The position numbers and the translations under genes are program-made. A stretch of 64,000 nt of DNA, from the NCBI GenBank assembly GCA_964621445.1, contig CAZUNO010000006.1, forward strand, positions 54,011 through 118,010, in the 5' to 3' direction. The stretch is from Candidatus Hadarchaeota archaeon (GTDB lineage Archaea; CAYQAE01; CAYVLA01). The notes under the pieces are model-generated. The model had not been told where the DNA came from, searched no databases, and worked only from the letters and a program-made list of their open reading frames with translations. This document shows positions 62,940-64,000 of this stretch, in pieces (the first letter of the stretch is position 1; each line of letters opens with the position of its first letter).

Positions 62940-64000
62940 ATGCCCGAAAAACCGCATATAAACCTCGTAACGATAGGTCACGTTGACCATGGAAAGTCCA
63001 CAATGGTCGGTCATCTGATGGTCGAGCATGGGGACGTACCAGAACAGGTTATCAAGAAATTTGAAGATATGGGCGAGAAAGGAAAGACCTTCAAGTATGC
63101 ATGGATCATGGACAGGCTCAAAGAGGAGAGAGAAAGGGGCCTAACCATCGACCTGATGCATCAGAAGTTCGAGTCTAGCAAGAACTTCTTCACGGTCATA
63201 GACGCCCCTGGCCACCGGGATTTTGTCAAGAACATGATCACCGGTGCCAGCCAAGCAGATGCCACTGTTCTGGTCGTTGCTGCCGACGATGGTGTGATGA
63301 CCCAGACCCGAGAACACGCTGCCCTGGCCTTTACTCTGGGTGTACAGCAGGTAATCGTGTTGATTAACAAGATGGACAGAGTGGAGTATAAGCAGGATGT
63401 GTATGAGGAAGTTAAGGCCGATGTCAAGAAGCTATTGGCCAGCATAGGCTATGGCCCCAAGGCCGATCAGTTCCCATACATTCCCGCTTCCGCTTTCCAC
63501 GGCAAGAACCTGACTTCCAGGAGCAAAGAGATGAAATGGTACAAGGGCCCAATTCTCATGGAGGCCCTGGATACCATTGAACCCCCCAAGAAATCCACGG
63601 GGAAGCCCCTTCGTATACCGGTGCAGGACGTGTACACCATCACTGGTGTGGGAACCGTTCCCGTGGGAAGGGTGGAATCCGGAGTGCTTAAAGTTGGCAG
63701 CAAGGTCGTGTTCATGCCCTCAGATGTGACTGGAGAGGTCAAGTCCATCGAGGAGCACCATGAGAACATCCCTGAGGCCGAGCCCGGTGACAACATCGGC
63801 TTCAACGTGAGGGGATTAGGCCGAGGAGACATCCACAGAGGTGACGTGGTTGGTACCCCCGATAATCCACCCACCGTTGCCAAGGAGTTCATCGGTAAGG
63901 TAGTGGTGTTGGAGTACCCCACAGCCATCACCGCGGGTTACACCCCGGTGTTCCATTGCCATACCTCGCAGGTCGCAGTGACCTTCATTGAACTGATGCA
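62940..64000 (+). CDS. tuf: Elongation factor EF-1alpha (3' end outside the window)
   Basis: Translates [21 protein letters not shown]...ERERGLTID...[15 protein letters not shown]; GAGGTG RBS; not in the ORF track because it is open-ended. Confidence 0.97.
   Translation, partial: MPEKPHINLVTIGHVDHGKSTMVGHLMVEHGDVPEQVIKKFEDMGEKGKTFKYAWIMDRLKEERERGLTIDLMHQKFESSKNFFTVIDAPGHRDFVKNMITGASQADATVLVVAADDGVMTQTREHAALAFTLGVQQVIVLINKMDRVEYKQDVYEEVKADVKKLLASIGYGPKADQFPYIPASAFHGKNLTSRSKEMKWYKGPILMEALDTIEPPKKSTGKPLRIPVQDVYTITGVGTVPVGRVESGVLKVGSKVVFMPSDVTGEVKSIEEHHENIPEAEPGDNIGFNVRGLGRGDIHRGDVVGTPDNPPTVAKEFIGKVVVLEYPTAITAGYTPVFHCHTSQVAVTFIELM

Overview
Archaeal genomic DNA from an apparently uncultured, Euryarchaeota-like lineage (single-chain Rpo2, split Rpo1N/Rpo1C, tetraether synthase, short-form XPF). 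The exact lineage cannot be fixed from this window. The left ~39 kb is mostly accessory: carbohydrate-related enzymes (heparinase II/III-type lyase, GH78 rhamnosidase, DUF4855, fucose-isomerase-like, DUF993), TldD/PmbA, hisHF, carA, gdh, and five paralogs (one decayed) of an unrecognised ~400-aa membrane-anchored surface protein. The right ~25 kb is core: intron-containing tRNA-Val, argG, argS, aRF1, rpo5, vWA/MoxR-AAA/Nog1, tRNA-Lys, and rpo2-rpo1N-rpo1C-L30e-nusA-aIF1A-uS12-uS7-EF2-EF1alpha (cut by the window end). Main observations: (1) a 177-aa Rpo5 with an N-terminal domain resembling the eukaryotic RPB5 jaw, moved away from rpo2; (2) the expanded surface-protein family with a conserved WVY..EW-TM-MVRRRLY tail; (3) a tRNA intron with two alternative splice-motif folds giving different anticodons; (4) a Nog1 + MoxR-AAA + MIDAS-vWA cluster resembling a split midasin; (5) a Tes gene with no canonical in-frame start; (6) tandem pseudoknots between EF-2 and EF-1alpha. 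No CRISPR array, IS element, integrase or rRNA was seen. All family calls come from motif recognition by eye, not database searches.
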